Shown here piece by piece: positions 55,799-64,000 of a stretch of DNA of 64,000 nucleotides. Origin of the DNA: Candidatus Omnitrophota bacterium (GTDB taxonomy: Bacteria; Omnitrophota; Gorgyraeia; VGKH01; JBHPFN01). Made by a program: the position numbers and the translations under genes. The notes beneath the pieces are model-generated. The model was not told the origin of the DNA and ran no database searches. It worked only from the letters and a program-made list of their open reading frames with translations. Every line of letters starts with the position of its first letter. The first letter of the stretch is position 1. The DNA is taken from positions 71,218 to 135,217 of the forward strand of contig JBHPFN010000001.1 of the NCBI GenBank assembly GCA_042571725.1. Reading direction: 5' to 3'.

Positions 55799-56278
55799 TT
55801 ATTTGTTTAACCACTTCTTTTCGTTGTCAATGTTAGGATTTTTCCAGTGCCAGTTATCTCCGCTGGAATAGATAATATTTCTGAATTCAAACATTCCATC
55901 CATCTTCCATTTTCCGTGCTCCTTTACAAAATATATAGGCGCCGGGCTCTTAAACATCTTGCCGAAACGCATAATCGCTTTGTTGCCGTACTTCTCTACT
56001 TTATAAGATTTGTTCGCCCAAATATTATATGCATTGCGTAGCTGTCCGGGATGTCGATGAGAAAGATATTGCTTATTCGATTTTTGATACCTTTGAAATT
56101 CCTTAGTGCTGCACAGATCAGATTTTTCAAAACTACCTTCTTTACACGCTTGTAAGTATGTTCGAAACGTCGCCTCGGGAGAGGAAAAATCCATGTCAGC
56201 AGCTTGTATTCTCGAAAAGCAAAAAGCCATTAATAAATGTGTCGCTAATAAACAAACGGCTATCTTTTTCGTATTCAT
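55799..56278 (-). CDS. exported hypothetical protein (NTF2-like signature)
   Basis: Signal peptide, SSPEATFRTYL...FVKEHGKWKM. Confidence 0.65.
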   Translation of the reverse strand: MNTKKIAVCLLATHLLMAFCFSRIQAADMDFSSPEATFRTYLQACKEGSFEKSDLCSTKEFQRYQKSNKQYLSHRHPGQLRNAYNIWANKSYKVEKYGNKAIMRFGKMFKSPAPIYFVKEHGKWKMDGMFEFRNIIYSSGDNWHWKNPNIDNEKKWLNK

Positions 56279-56823
56279 TATTCTTCCTTTTGTTTCCTAG
56301 GTAATTTTTTCAACATATTCATCATTTTCGGCATTGCTTCCTGAGAAAAGCTATCCTTTGCTGTACGAATCATGATTTCTCCGTCAACATTATACACGTG
56401 AATCTCCTTATCCATTGCAAGCGTCTCATATTGAACCTCGTAGGACAAAGAAACATAAGGAGGAAATATTTTCTCTGAACCTGTAGTAACATTCTTTTGG
56501 AACTTTTTATCCCAGAAAACATGACTTCTGTATTTGTAATCAATTATGTCCCCAAATTCTTCATGAAAGACTTTCAAAGCCTGCAAATCAATATCCCTAT
56601 TTTCCGGTCTGTCATTGAGTGGTTTAACCATATCAAATGCCTGCTCAAACTCATTATCCTTCAAAAGACTAAGATATTTCTCTGCCAGTTTTTTTGCTTG
56701 GTCAATATCGATATCTACGTCTTCAACGCTAGATTCAACGCTTTCGTTCTGACCAAAAGCCACTGAGGAAAAAAGAAACATCGTTATTGCAACAAAAGAA
56801 ACTAAATAGATTCTTTTCATCAT
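56278..56823 (-). CDS. exported hypothetical protein
   Basis: Signal peptide ending AFG; AEKYLSLLKDNEFEQAFDM helix. Confidence 0.65.
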   Translation of the reverse strand: MMKRIYLVSFVAITMFLFSSVAFGQNESVESSVEDVDIDIDQAKKLAEKYLSLLKDNEFEQAFDMVKPLNDRPENRDIDLQALKVFHEEFGDIIDYKYRSHVFWDKKFQKNVTTGSEKIFPPYVSLSYEVQYETLAMDKEIHVYNVDGEIMIRTAKDSFSQEAMPKMMNMLKKLPRKQKEE

Positions 56824-56856
56824 ATTGACCCTCCCTATCTCCAGATGTATTAATAG

Positions 56857-57342
56857 TTAGAGATTTATAATTTGCCTTCTTTTAATAAACAGAGCCATAG
56901 CTATAAGCATAAGAAAACCTCCTATGCCCTGCAAAGTATGCATGGACGTTAACGGAACGTCTCTTATGAGAATAACCTTTTCTGGGTCGTCAGGGGAAAC
57001 ATATACTTCGACTGTCTTACCGACAGGAAACATCTTTACGTGCTCCTTTCCTGTAGATTGTCCACTAATTTGTCCAAATGATACTCTGTAAACGTCGAAG
57101 TCTTGATTATTGTCCAGAAAAACCCCTTTTATCTCAGCAATATATCTCCTGTCCCCTGTGCTTGAGCCGCGAAGCTCGATTACCTTCGAAAGAGTTATCC
57201 TTGCTTTCCTAGGTAGCCAATTCTTAGCTTCGTTAACCTTGTTGATGTCAAATTGGGAAGGAATAATAAGAAACAGCCCGATGATCACCAAAATCACGGA
57301 CAATGCCTTAAACAAGGCCGGTTTGTTAGGTTTATTACCCAT
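56857..57342 (-). CDS. DUF3592-like membrane protein
   Basis: TM-W..ARITLS...FPVGKTVEVYVSPDDPEKVIL-TM. Confidence 0.75.
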   Translation of the reverse strand: MGNKPNKPALFKALSVILVIIGLFLIIPSQFDINKVNEAKNWLPRKARITLSKVIELRGSSTGDRRYIAEIKGVFLDNNQDFDVYRVSFGQISGQSTGKEHVKMFPVGKTVEVYVSPDDPEKVILIRDVPLTSMHTLQGIGGFLMLIAMALFIKRRQIINL

Positions 57343-57360
57343 AATGCTCCTCCTTTCTAA

Positions 57361-58806
57361 CTACTTTTTTGCTAACTTTCGCGCTAATTCCAGCGCCTGT
57401 TTTTTTGTCGTAATGCTTCCTTCTGCCTGTGCTTCTTCTACTTCACGCAAGATGGTGGCAAAGATTGGTGACGGAGAAAGCTTTAATTTTTTAATTAAAT
57501 CATTACCATCTATTAATCGCACAAACGGTTCTTCTTTTTGCTTATCAAAATAGTATTTAATCAACCCTCTTACTACCTTCTCGTGATGTTTGCGGTCGCT
57601 TTTATCGGTAAGAGGACCCCTTGTAGAGCGTTGATCCGCAATACCGATAATAAGAATGCTTACTCCCTCTTCTTCAGTATCGCGAAAATAACGAAAGACT
57701 GCCCGTTGCGTAGGCATTTTTGTATTAGCTAGATAGCCTGGCCGAAGGTGCCAGAAAATCATCTTCTCAAGCGCGAATTTTTCTTTTGTAGAAAGCTTAA
57801 GCATCTCAGCAATGCTATCAATGATTCTGCGTCCTACTCTTTCGTGCCCGTGAAAAATCATTTTACCGTCTTTACGCTTCTTTGCCTCGGGCTTGCCGAT
57901 ATCGTGAAGAAGCGCCCCAAGCTTCATCAAAGACCTGCGCGTACGATTAGGTACTATCTCTTGATCAAGATACGCATTTAATTCCGCATCACCTTTTATC
58001 TGCTGAAAAAGCTTCTCTAGCTGGACTAATGTTTCTAACGAGTGCTTCCAGACATCCAGATGATGATACGGCCCCTGAGAGACGTTGCGCATAATCTTTA
58101 TTTGAGGAATGACTTTCTCCAAAACACCTATGGTATCCATCTGTTTTATGCGGGGGGCGCTGTGATTAACGGTGAAAATTTTAAAAAGTTCGTCGCGCTT
58201 CCTCTCTTCTGCTGACTGAAGAAGTTTTTCCCGTTTTCTTTTAATTGCCTTTAGCGTAGCGCTGTCAATTTCAAAATCCAGCATGGCTGAAAAACTAAAA
58301 GCGCGCACAATTCTCAGTGGATCTTGGTCAAAACTCTCCTTGCTGGCCATCCTTACTTTTTTTCTCTTTAAATCATCCAAAGCACTACAGCAATCGAGCA
58401 GTATCTGATTGAATTTCTTTGCCTTTTCTATTGAATTGATATCAATTGCTAAAGAATTAATAGTAAAATCCCTCTGAAGAAGATCGCTCTCGATTGTGGG
58501 CCCACGAAAATCAGCAAAATCAAACGTATGCGAGCAGTGTTTCTTGTTATACACCACCCGTGCGCATCCGTGCTCTTTATCCAATAAAACAAAATTGCCC
58601 TTTATAGCACGCGCTATCGTTTTAGCAAAGGCGATGGCGTTCTTATCGACGGCGAAATCCAAATCATAATTTTCTTTTGTGCGCTCCAGCATCAAATCAC
58701 GCACATAACCTCCCACCAAGAAAACCTTCTGCTTCTTTCTCTTGGCTTCTCTATTAATAGTTTTTAAAAACGTATTAGTTTTTAACTTTTGCATATGTGA
58801 AGGCAT
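57361..58806 (-). CDS. tRNA nucleotidyltransferase / poly(A) polymerase family with HD domain
   Basis: LVGGYVRD, DLDF, RDFTINS, DPLRIVR, LHDIGK, GHE. Confidence 0.92.
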   Translation of the reverse strand: MPSHMQKLKTNTFLKTINREAKRKKQKVFLVGGYVRDLMLERTKENYDLDFAVDKNAIAFAKTIARAIKGNFVLLDKEHGCARVVYNKKHCSHTFDFADFRGPTIESDLLQRDFTINSLAIDINSIEKAKKFNQILLDCCSALDDLKRKKVRMASKESFDQDPLRIVRAFSFSAMLDFEIDSATLKAIKRKREKLLQSAEERKRDELFKIFTVNHSAPRIKQMDTIGVLEKVIPQIKIMRNVSQGPYHHLDVWKHSLETLVQLEKLFQQIKGDAELNAYLDQEIVPNRTRRSLMKLGALLHDIGKPEAKKRKDGKMIFHGHERVGRRIIDSIAEMLKLSTKEKFALEKMIFWHLRPGYLANTKMPTQRAVFRYFRDTEEEGVSILIIGIADQRSTRGPLTDKSDRKHHEKVVRGLIKYYFDKQKEEPFVRLIDGNDLIKKLKLSPSPIFATILREVEEAQAEGSITTKKQALELARKLAKK

Positions 58807-58817
58807 AATTAAATATG

Positions 58818-59291
58818 TTAAAGGCCAAAGAATGTAACGTTCATTGTGTCTAAATCTATCACTGCTACACTTGAGGAGCCGTTAAGCCAACCACTGCACT
58901 CTCCGGGATTGACAAACAGAATTCCATCCTTCTTTTCAACCGCTTTCTCGTGAGAATGGCCATAAACAACTAAATCATATTTTCGATTTCCTAGGTTTAT
59001 CTTATTGATATCATGAGTAAGCAGTATCCATCGGCCAGCCTCACGTAAGGTGCGCGGAGCCTTTTTTATCCTGCCTTTTGATTTCAGCGTAAGCCCTTTT
59101 ACTTCTCCGTCGTTATTACCGAATACACCTACATAATCACAGGAAAGTTTTTTAAATACATTAAGGCTAAACGGGGCGACATAATCCCCCGCATGCAAAA
59201 CCAAATCTACTTTTTTCCTATTAAATAATTTTACTGCCTTTTCTATCTGAGTGAGGTTATCGTGCGTATCGGCAATTAATCCGAGCTTCAT
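58818..59291 (-). CDS. YfcE-like metallophosphoesterase
   Basis: DTHDN, HAGD, GNND, GHSH, NPGE. Confidence 0.9.
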   Translation of the reverse strand: MKLGLIADTHDNLTQIEKAVKLFNRKKVDLVLHAGDYVAPFSLNVFKKLSCDYVGVFGNNDGEVKGLTLKSKGRIKKAPRTLREAGRWILLTHDINKINLGNRKYDLVVYGHSHEKAVEKKDGILFVNPGECSGWLNGSSSVAVIDLDTMNVTFFGL

Positions 59292-59695
59292 TTTTGTTCG
59301 TCAGGCAAACCTGCCTTCTCCAAAACTTCATCTTCAACAAAAATGGGGGATTTTGTCCTCACCGCTAAGGCAATGCTATCGGAGGGGCGTGCATCTATTG
59401 TTTTTTTCTTACCGTCCTGCTTGATGATAAGCTTTGCGTGAAATGTATTATCTTGAAGTTTGTCAATTATAATTCTATCAATCCGAGCATCGAGGCTTGC
59501 GATGGTTGCATGAAGCAAATCGTGCGTAAGCGGCCGAGGCGGGTTGATGCCGCTTACTTTCATCTTTATCGCAGACGCCTCTAAAAGCCCGATAATAATA
59601 GGTAGGCGCCGTGTTCCTTTTTTCTCTTTGAGCACAATTACCTGGTCGCTTCTTCGCTCATCGATGATAATTTTATTCAACTCCATCTCAACCAT
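59288..59695 (-). CDS. bifunctional nuclease (DUF151) family
   Basis: LPIIIG..EA, PRPLTHDL, DARPSDSIALA. Confidence 0.92.
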   Translation of the reverse strand: MVEMELNKIIIDERRSDQVIVLKEKKGTRRLPIIIGLLEASAIKMKVSGINPPRPLTHDLLHATIASLDARIDRIIIDKLQDNTFHAKLIIKQDGKKKTIDARPSDSIALAVRTKSPIFVEDEVLEKAGLPDEQK

Positions 59696-59716
59696 AGAGG
59701 TTCCTTTATGCTAAGA

Positions 59717-60169
59717 CTACTTATCGAGCACGTCCTTTAATTCTTTCATAAATTGACTTACGTCTTTAAACTGCCTGTACACAGAGGCAAACCGTACGTA
59801 TGCAATATCGTCTAACTTCGCGAGTTTCTGTATGACTAACTCCCCGATGCGCTCTGACTTAACCTCTTTATCGAACTTACGCATGATGGTCCGCTCGATA
59901 TCCGTTACCACCGCTTCCAACTTCTCCATGCTAATCGGCCGTTTCTCGCACGCCTTCCTCAATCCTGACAGAATTTTCTTGCGATCGAATGCTTCTCTGC
60001 GGTTATCCTTCTTTACCACCATCAAGGGTGTCTGCTCAATATATTCATACGTGGTAAATCGCCTATCGCACTTTACGCATTCCCGCCGGCGCCGCACAGA
60101 GGTCCCCTCGCTACTATCTCGAGAGTCTACTACTTTATTTTCGGCATGGCCGCAAAAGGGACATTTCAT
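59717..60169 (-). CDS. nrdR: transcriptional repressor NrdR
   Basis: MKCPFC, RRRREC..C..RFTTYE, ATP cone, [10 protein letters not shown]. Confidence 0.97.
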   Translation of the reverse strand: MKCPFCGHAENKVVDSRDSSEGTSVRRRRECVKCDRRFTTYEYIEQTPLMVVKKDNRREAFDRKKILSGLRKACEKRPISMEKLEAVVTDIERTIMRKFDKEVKSERIGELVIQKLAKLDDIAYVRFASVYRQFKDVSQFMKELKDVLDK

Positions 60170-60660
60170 TTCTTTGTTTTGCTTTTCTTAGATGTTTTCT
60201 TTTTCAACTTTAACAGGCGTATTTTAACCCCTGCTTCTTTTAGCATTTCTCGCGCTAACGCATCGGGGTAACTCGAAGCAATCACGATCTCTTTTATCTG
60301 GGCGTTGATCAGCATCTTCGAGCAAATAATACAGGGTTGGTTTGTAATATATATTGAGCTGCCTTGTATATCGATATGATGAATTACTGCCTGCAGAATT
60401 GCATTTTGTTCTGCGTGCAAACCACGGCATAGCTCATGGCGCTCTCCGGATGGAATGCGCATCTTCTCTCGCAAACAGCCTCTTGAAAGACAGTGTTTAA
60501 TTCCCGAAGGAACGCCGTTATAGCCGGTTGCTAAAATCCTTTTATCTTTTACTACCACCGCGCCAACCTTGCGGCGTAAACAGGTAGACCTACTCGCCAC
60601 AATGTTTGCGACGTCTATAAAATATTCGTCCCAGCTTGGCCGGTTATCGTTCTTTTTCAT
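60166..60660 (-). CDS. dCMP deaminase family
   Basis: [30 protein letters not shown]. Confidence 0.92.
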   Translation of the reverse strand: MKKNDNRPSWDEYFIDVANIVASRSTCLRRKVGAVVVKDKRILATGYNGVPSGIKHCLSRGCLREKMRIPSGERHELCRGLHAEQNAILQAVIHHIDIQGSSIYITNQPCIICSKMLINAQIKEIVIASSYPDALAREMLKEAGVKIRLLKLKKKTSKKSKTKK

Positions 60661-61910
60661 CTATTTTTTCTAAGTTCAAGGTAGAGAGGAAACCGAACAG
60701 TGAGCCTATCGACTTCCTTTATAACTGCTTTTCTTATGTTATTATTATCTCTATTCTGTATTGCTTGATCGATTAAATCTGCAATACGATACATCTGTTT
60801 TTCTTTCATGCCCCTGGTCGTCAGCGCAGGTGTACCTAAGCGGATTCCGCTGGTGACTGCAGGAGACGTTGGATCAAAAGGAATAAGATTCTTATTTACG
60901 GTAATTTTTGCTCTCTCTAATGCCGCCGCTGCCTTTTTTCCGGTAATTCCTTTATTGGTTAAATCCACAAGCAAAAGATGCGTATCAGTACCGAATGACA
61001 CAATACGATACCCTTTACTGGTAAGCTCTTCGGCTAAGGCTTTAGCGTTTTTTACAATCTGTTTTTGATATGCTTTAAACTTCGGCGTCTGCGCTTCCTT
61101 AAGAGCAACAGCCTTTGCAGCAATTACGTGCATCAGCGGCCCTCCTTGAATTCCAGGAAAGATCTGAGCATCAACTTTCTTGGCAAACTTCTTTTTACAC
61201 AAAACCATTCCGCCGCGAGGACCGCGTAAGGTTTTATGGGTCGTGGTAGTCACAAATTCGGCATAAGGAACCGGGTTTGGATGAACACCTGCTACCACCA
61301 AGCCTGCAAAATGCGCCATGTCCACAAAAAGATACGCCCCTACCCGATCGGCGATCTTACGGAACTGTTTAAAATCAATCGTGCGAGGATATGCTGAAGC
61401 CCCAGCAACAATCATCTTAGGCCTATACCGCTTTGCTAAATTAAGGATCTCATCATAGTCGAGCATCTCGGTTGCGCGGTTAACCCCGTAGGTTACGACA
61501 TTAAAAAATCTTCCTGAGAAATTATGAGGATGTCCGTGGGTAAGGTGTCCGCCGCAGGCTAAATCCATAGCCATGATCGTCTCCCCCAGCTTCAAAGCTG
61601 AAAAATACACCGCCATATTTGCCTGCGAACCTGAGTGAGGTTGTACGTTTACGTGTTGTGCCCCAAAAAGTTTTTTGGCTCTCTCGCGGGCTAAATCTTC
61701 GGCATCATCGACAAAACGGCATCCTCCATACCAGCGAGCCCGGGGATATCCTTCGGCATACTTATTGGTTAACACCGAGCTAAGCGCCTCAAGCACAGCC
61801 AAAGAGGTAAAATTCTCTGAGGCAATTAATTCAAGCTGATCATTCTGACGCTGCAGCTCATTGCGGACAACCTTATAAATTTGAGAGTCAGTTTGCTTTA
61901 AATGTTTCAT
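60657..61910 (-). CDS. glyA: serine hydroxymethyltransferase
   Basis: [33 protein letters not shown]. Start moved to MKHLK. Confidence 0.97.
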   Translation of the reverse strand: MKHLKQTDSQIYKVVRNELQRQNDQLELIASENFTSLAVLEALSSVLTNKYAEGYPRARWYGGCRFVDDAEDLARERAKKLFGAQHVNVQPHSGSQANMAVYFSALKLGETIMAMDLACGGHLTHGHPHNFSGRFFNVVTYGVNRATEMLDYDEILNLAKRYRPKMIVAGASAYPRTIDFKQFRKIADRVGAYLFVDMAHFAGLVVAGVHPNPVPYAEFVTTTTHKTLRGPRGGMVLCKKKFAKKVDAQIFPGIQGGPLMHVIAAKAVALKEAQTPKFKAYQKQIVKNAKALAEELTSKGYRIVSFGTDTHLLLVDLTNKGITGKKAAAALERAKITVNKNLIPFDPTSPAVTSGIRLGTPALTTRGMKEKQMYRIADLIDQAIQNRDNNNIRKAVIKEVDRLTVRFPLYLELRKNR

Positions 61911-61914
61911 ATTT

Positions 61915-62376
61915 CTACGCCTTCTTTTTTGTCTTCTTTTCAAAATCTTTTATTTGATTTACTCTCTTGATGTGCCTCCCGCCTTCAAAAGCAGTAGTGA
62001 GCCAAATAGTTAAGAGCTTACCCACTGTGCGGGATTTCACAAAATCTGATCCTAGGACTAACACATTAGAATCATTGTGCTGGCGTGAGAGCCGCGCTGC
62101 TTTCTGATTATAACATAGCGCGGCACGAACCCCCAATACTTTGTTAGCGGCGATCGCACTTCCGATACCAGTTTTGCATATCATAATCCCCCGATTATTC
62201 TTAGATGTACTCGCCTGCTTGGCAACCTTTATAGAGATTTCAGGATGGTCGCACGATTGCGTACTGTGCGTCCCGACATCCTTTACCTTATATCCCTTGG
62301 ATTTCAAAAAGGTAACGGCCTTTTTCTTTAATGCAAACCCTCTGTGATCAGCACCGATTGTTACTATAGGCTTCAT
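61915..62376 (-). CDS. rpiB: ribose-5-phosphate isomerase B
   Basis: GADHRG, CKTGIG..IAANK, HNDSNVL, FEGGRH. Confidence 0.93.
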   Translation of the reverse strand: MKPIVTIGADHRGFALKKKAVTFLKSKGYKVKDVGTHSTQSCDHPEISIKVAKQASTSKNNRGIMICKTGIGSAIAANKVLGVRAALCYNQKAARLSRQHNDSNVLVLGSDFVKSRTVGKLLTIWLTTAFEGGRHIKRVNQIKDFEKKTKKKA

Positions 62377-62388
62377 AAAAATCCTCCG

Positions 62389-63453
62389 TTATTGTATTTT
62401 CTTATAGACCTCTTCTATACATTCTTGAATCACTGAAAAACAGTTAGCATAAAATCCCATCGGCATGCCTATAGGATCAGGAATATTGACATCCAATTCG
62501 CCAATCTTGACAAATTCTTTTAATAGAAATGTCCGCTCCTTTGCAAAAGGAAACATGCTCAGTAACTTATTTTTGTGGTGTCTCTCCATTACTAAAATTA
62601 AATCTGACCTCTTCACAAGATCATCGCTGGCGCCTTGAGACCGGTGAGCCCGTGCGTCAATCCCTTCTTTCTTAAGAAGTTCGATAGTGGATTCGCTCGC
62701 GCTCATTCCAGGCAGCGCTCCTACACCTGCGCTCTCAACAAAAATATCGTCTCGACCGGCCACTTTTTTCTTCATTAACTCTGCTGCCATAACAGATCGA
62801 CAACTATTTCCCGTGCAGACAAACAAGATATGCTTACTATTAATAACCTTAAGGATTTCCTCCTTCTTAATCACTCCCTCGCGCATCAGGCGTGCAGGGA
62901 TTTGTGCAACATCCACTACAGAAGAACTTACGCCAAACTCGGTAACACCTCCATCAATAACGATATCTACAAGGCCCTTTAAATCCTTAAGCACATCTTC
63001 GATTTTTGCCGGAGCATGCTTTCCTGAGACGTTTGCTGAAGGAGCAAATACAGGAACCCCTGCAGTCTCAATGAGCTTAAGTGCAATGTTGTTATTGGGC
63101 AGGCGCAATCCTACGGTCCCAGAAGATGAATGCTTCGATTGTAAAATTATCGTAAGGGGCCCGGGCCAAAATCTATCCATTAACTTATATGCAGCGGTAG
63201 GGATATTGCTTGCATATTTTTCTACGTCCTCTTTATGCGCAATATGAATAGAATATTTCTTTTCTTCAGGACGTCTCTTAACCTGAGAGAGCCGATCGAC
63301 GGTAACTGCGTTAAGCGCGTTGGCTGCGATCCCGTACACTGTCTCGGTAGGAAAAACGACCAAGCCGCCGTTTGTTATCACCTCAGCGGCGAAATTGATC
63401 TTTTCCTGATCCGGATTATGTGAATCTAATTTAATAATCTCGGTTTTTTTCAA
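62389..63453 (-). CDS. TsaC/Sua5 threonylcarbamoyl-AMP synthase fused to an LMW phosphatase
   Basis: [21 protein letters not shown]; C-terminal [10 protein letters not shown]...IPDP. Confidence 0.92.
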   Translation of the reverse strand: MKKTEIIKLDSHNPDQEKINFAAEVITNGGLVVFPTETVYGIAANALNAVTVDRLSQVKRRPEEKKYSIHIAHKEDVEKYASNIPTAAYKLMDRFWPGPLTIILQSKHSSSGTVGLRLPNNNIALKLIETAGVPVFAPSANVSGKHAPAKIEDVLKDLKGLVDIVIDGGVTEFGVSSSVVDVAQIPARLMREGVIKKEEILKVINSKHILFVCTGNSCRSVMAAELMKKKVAGRDDIFVESAGVGALPGMSASESTIELLKKEGIDARAHRSQGASDDLVKRSDLILVMERHHKNKLLSMFPFAKERTFLLKEFVKIGELDVNIPDPIGMPMGFYANCFSVIQECIEEVYKKIQ

Positions 63454-63938
63454 AACTTCACCTTTGTCTTTTTGATTTTGGCTGATTGCTTTTTTCGATA
63501 CCCCTGAAGTTTCGCAGCGATCTTTTTATCTTCCAACGATAAAATACTCAGCGCACAAAATGCAGCATTTTTCGCACCGGCCTTGCCGATAGCCATTGTG
63601 GCAACCGGTACCCCCGCAGGCATCTGCACTGTTGAAAGCAAAGAATCTAAGCCTTTAAGACTCTTTGTCTCGATAGGTATACCGATAACCGGCAATGTGG
63701 TATGCGATGCCACAACCCCCGCTAAAGCAGCAGCTCCGCCTGCTGCAGCGATGACAACTTTAACTCCCCGTGGCTTAGAGCCTGCGACATAGTGAGCTAC
63801 TGCTTCAGGGGTTCTATGTGCTGAAAGCACCTTTGCCTCAAAACCGACGGAAAACTCTTTGAGGATTTTTAAGGTCTCGGTGACAATCGGAAGATCTGAA
63901 ATACTGCCCATAAGCACAACAACTCTTGGTTTTTTCAT
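63450..63938 (-). CDS. purE: N5-CAIR mutase
   Basis: [29 protein letters not shown]. Confidence 0.96.
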   Translation of the reverse strand: MKKPRVVVLMGSISDLPIVTETLKILKEFSVGFEAKVLSAHRTPEAVAHYVAGSKPRGVKVVIAAAGGAAALAGVVASHTTLPVIGIPIETKSLKGLDSLLSTVQMPAGVPVATMAIGKAGAKNAAFCALSILSLEDKKIAAKLQGYRKKQSAKIKKTKVKF

Positions 63939-64000
63939 ATCGTACTCCTTATTTTAGTCTCATTTCTTGAGAGCGCCCTAAAACCGATATCCTTACGATA
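63935..64000 (-). CDS. purD: C-terminus of phosphoribosylamine-glycine ligase (partial)
   Basis: ...[21 protein letters not shown] carries the YRxDIG PurD terminal motif; ATGA overlap with purE. Confidence 0.75.
   Translation of the reverse strand, partial: YRKDIGFRALSRNETKIRSTI

Noticed and set aside
55121-57342. Integron cassette array
   Set aside because: No attC-like repeats between the genes and no integrase
320-63792. Numerous plus-strand ORFs of 60-190 aa
   Set aside because: Antisense shadows of well-supported minus-strand genes with no motifs; only 24506-25993 is credible
1-64000. CRISPR arrays, IS elements, prophage, recoding (Sec or frameshift)
   Set aside because: No periodic repeats, transposase or phage genes, or interrupted ORFs were seen by eye

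Overview
About 64 kb of core chromosome (GC roughly 40%, by eye) from an anaerobic diderm bacterium. Gene order and protein style suggest Candidatus Omnitrophota/PVC; this is inference, not a database result. Nearly every gene is on the minus strand. Contents: a long housekeeping run (hisG, bS22, TPR, split transketolase, ispE, spoVG, tRNA-Gln, glmU, prs, rplY, pth, rpsF, ssb, rpsR, rplI, dnaB, bamA, skp, lpxD, lpxC/fabZ, nadE), a HydABC/Bfu-like flavin-FeS module with no catalytic domain, an FMN-type glutamate synthase, a four-subunit POR with ferredoxin, NAD salvage and thiol-redox genes, accessory membrane/envelope genes and the purD-purE-tsaC/PTP-rpiB-glyA-nrdR block. No CRISPR, transposase or prophage was seen. 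The best candidate for an undescribed system is at 1.4-3.6 kb. ANTAR-type hexaloop RNA hairpins overlap intrinsic terminators in the leaders of both the glutamate synthase and an orphan 88-aa protein, and the latter has two attenuators in tandem. This suggests an antitermination-controlled nitrogen regulon with an unknown small effector, next to the orphan electron-bifurcating module. Other oddities: a secretin lacking N-domains and a gate hairpin, a Macro-Nudix fusion, an EndoIII-Zn-finger fusion, and three small ORFs missed by the ORF track.
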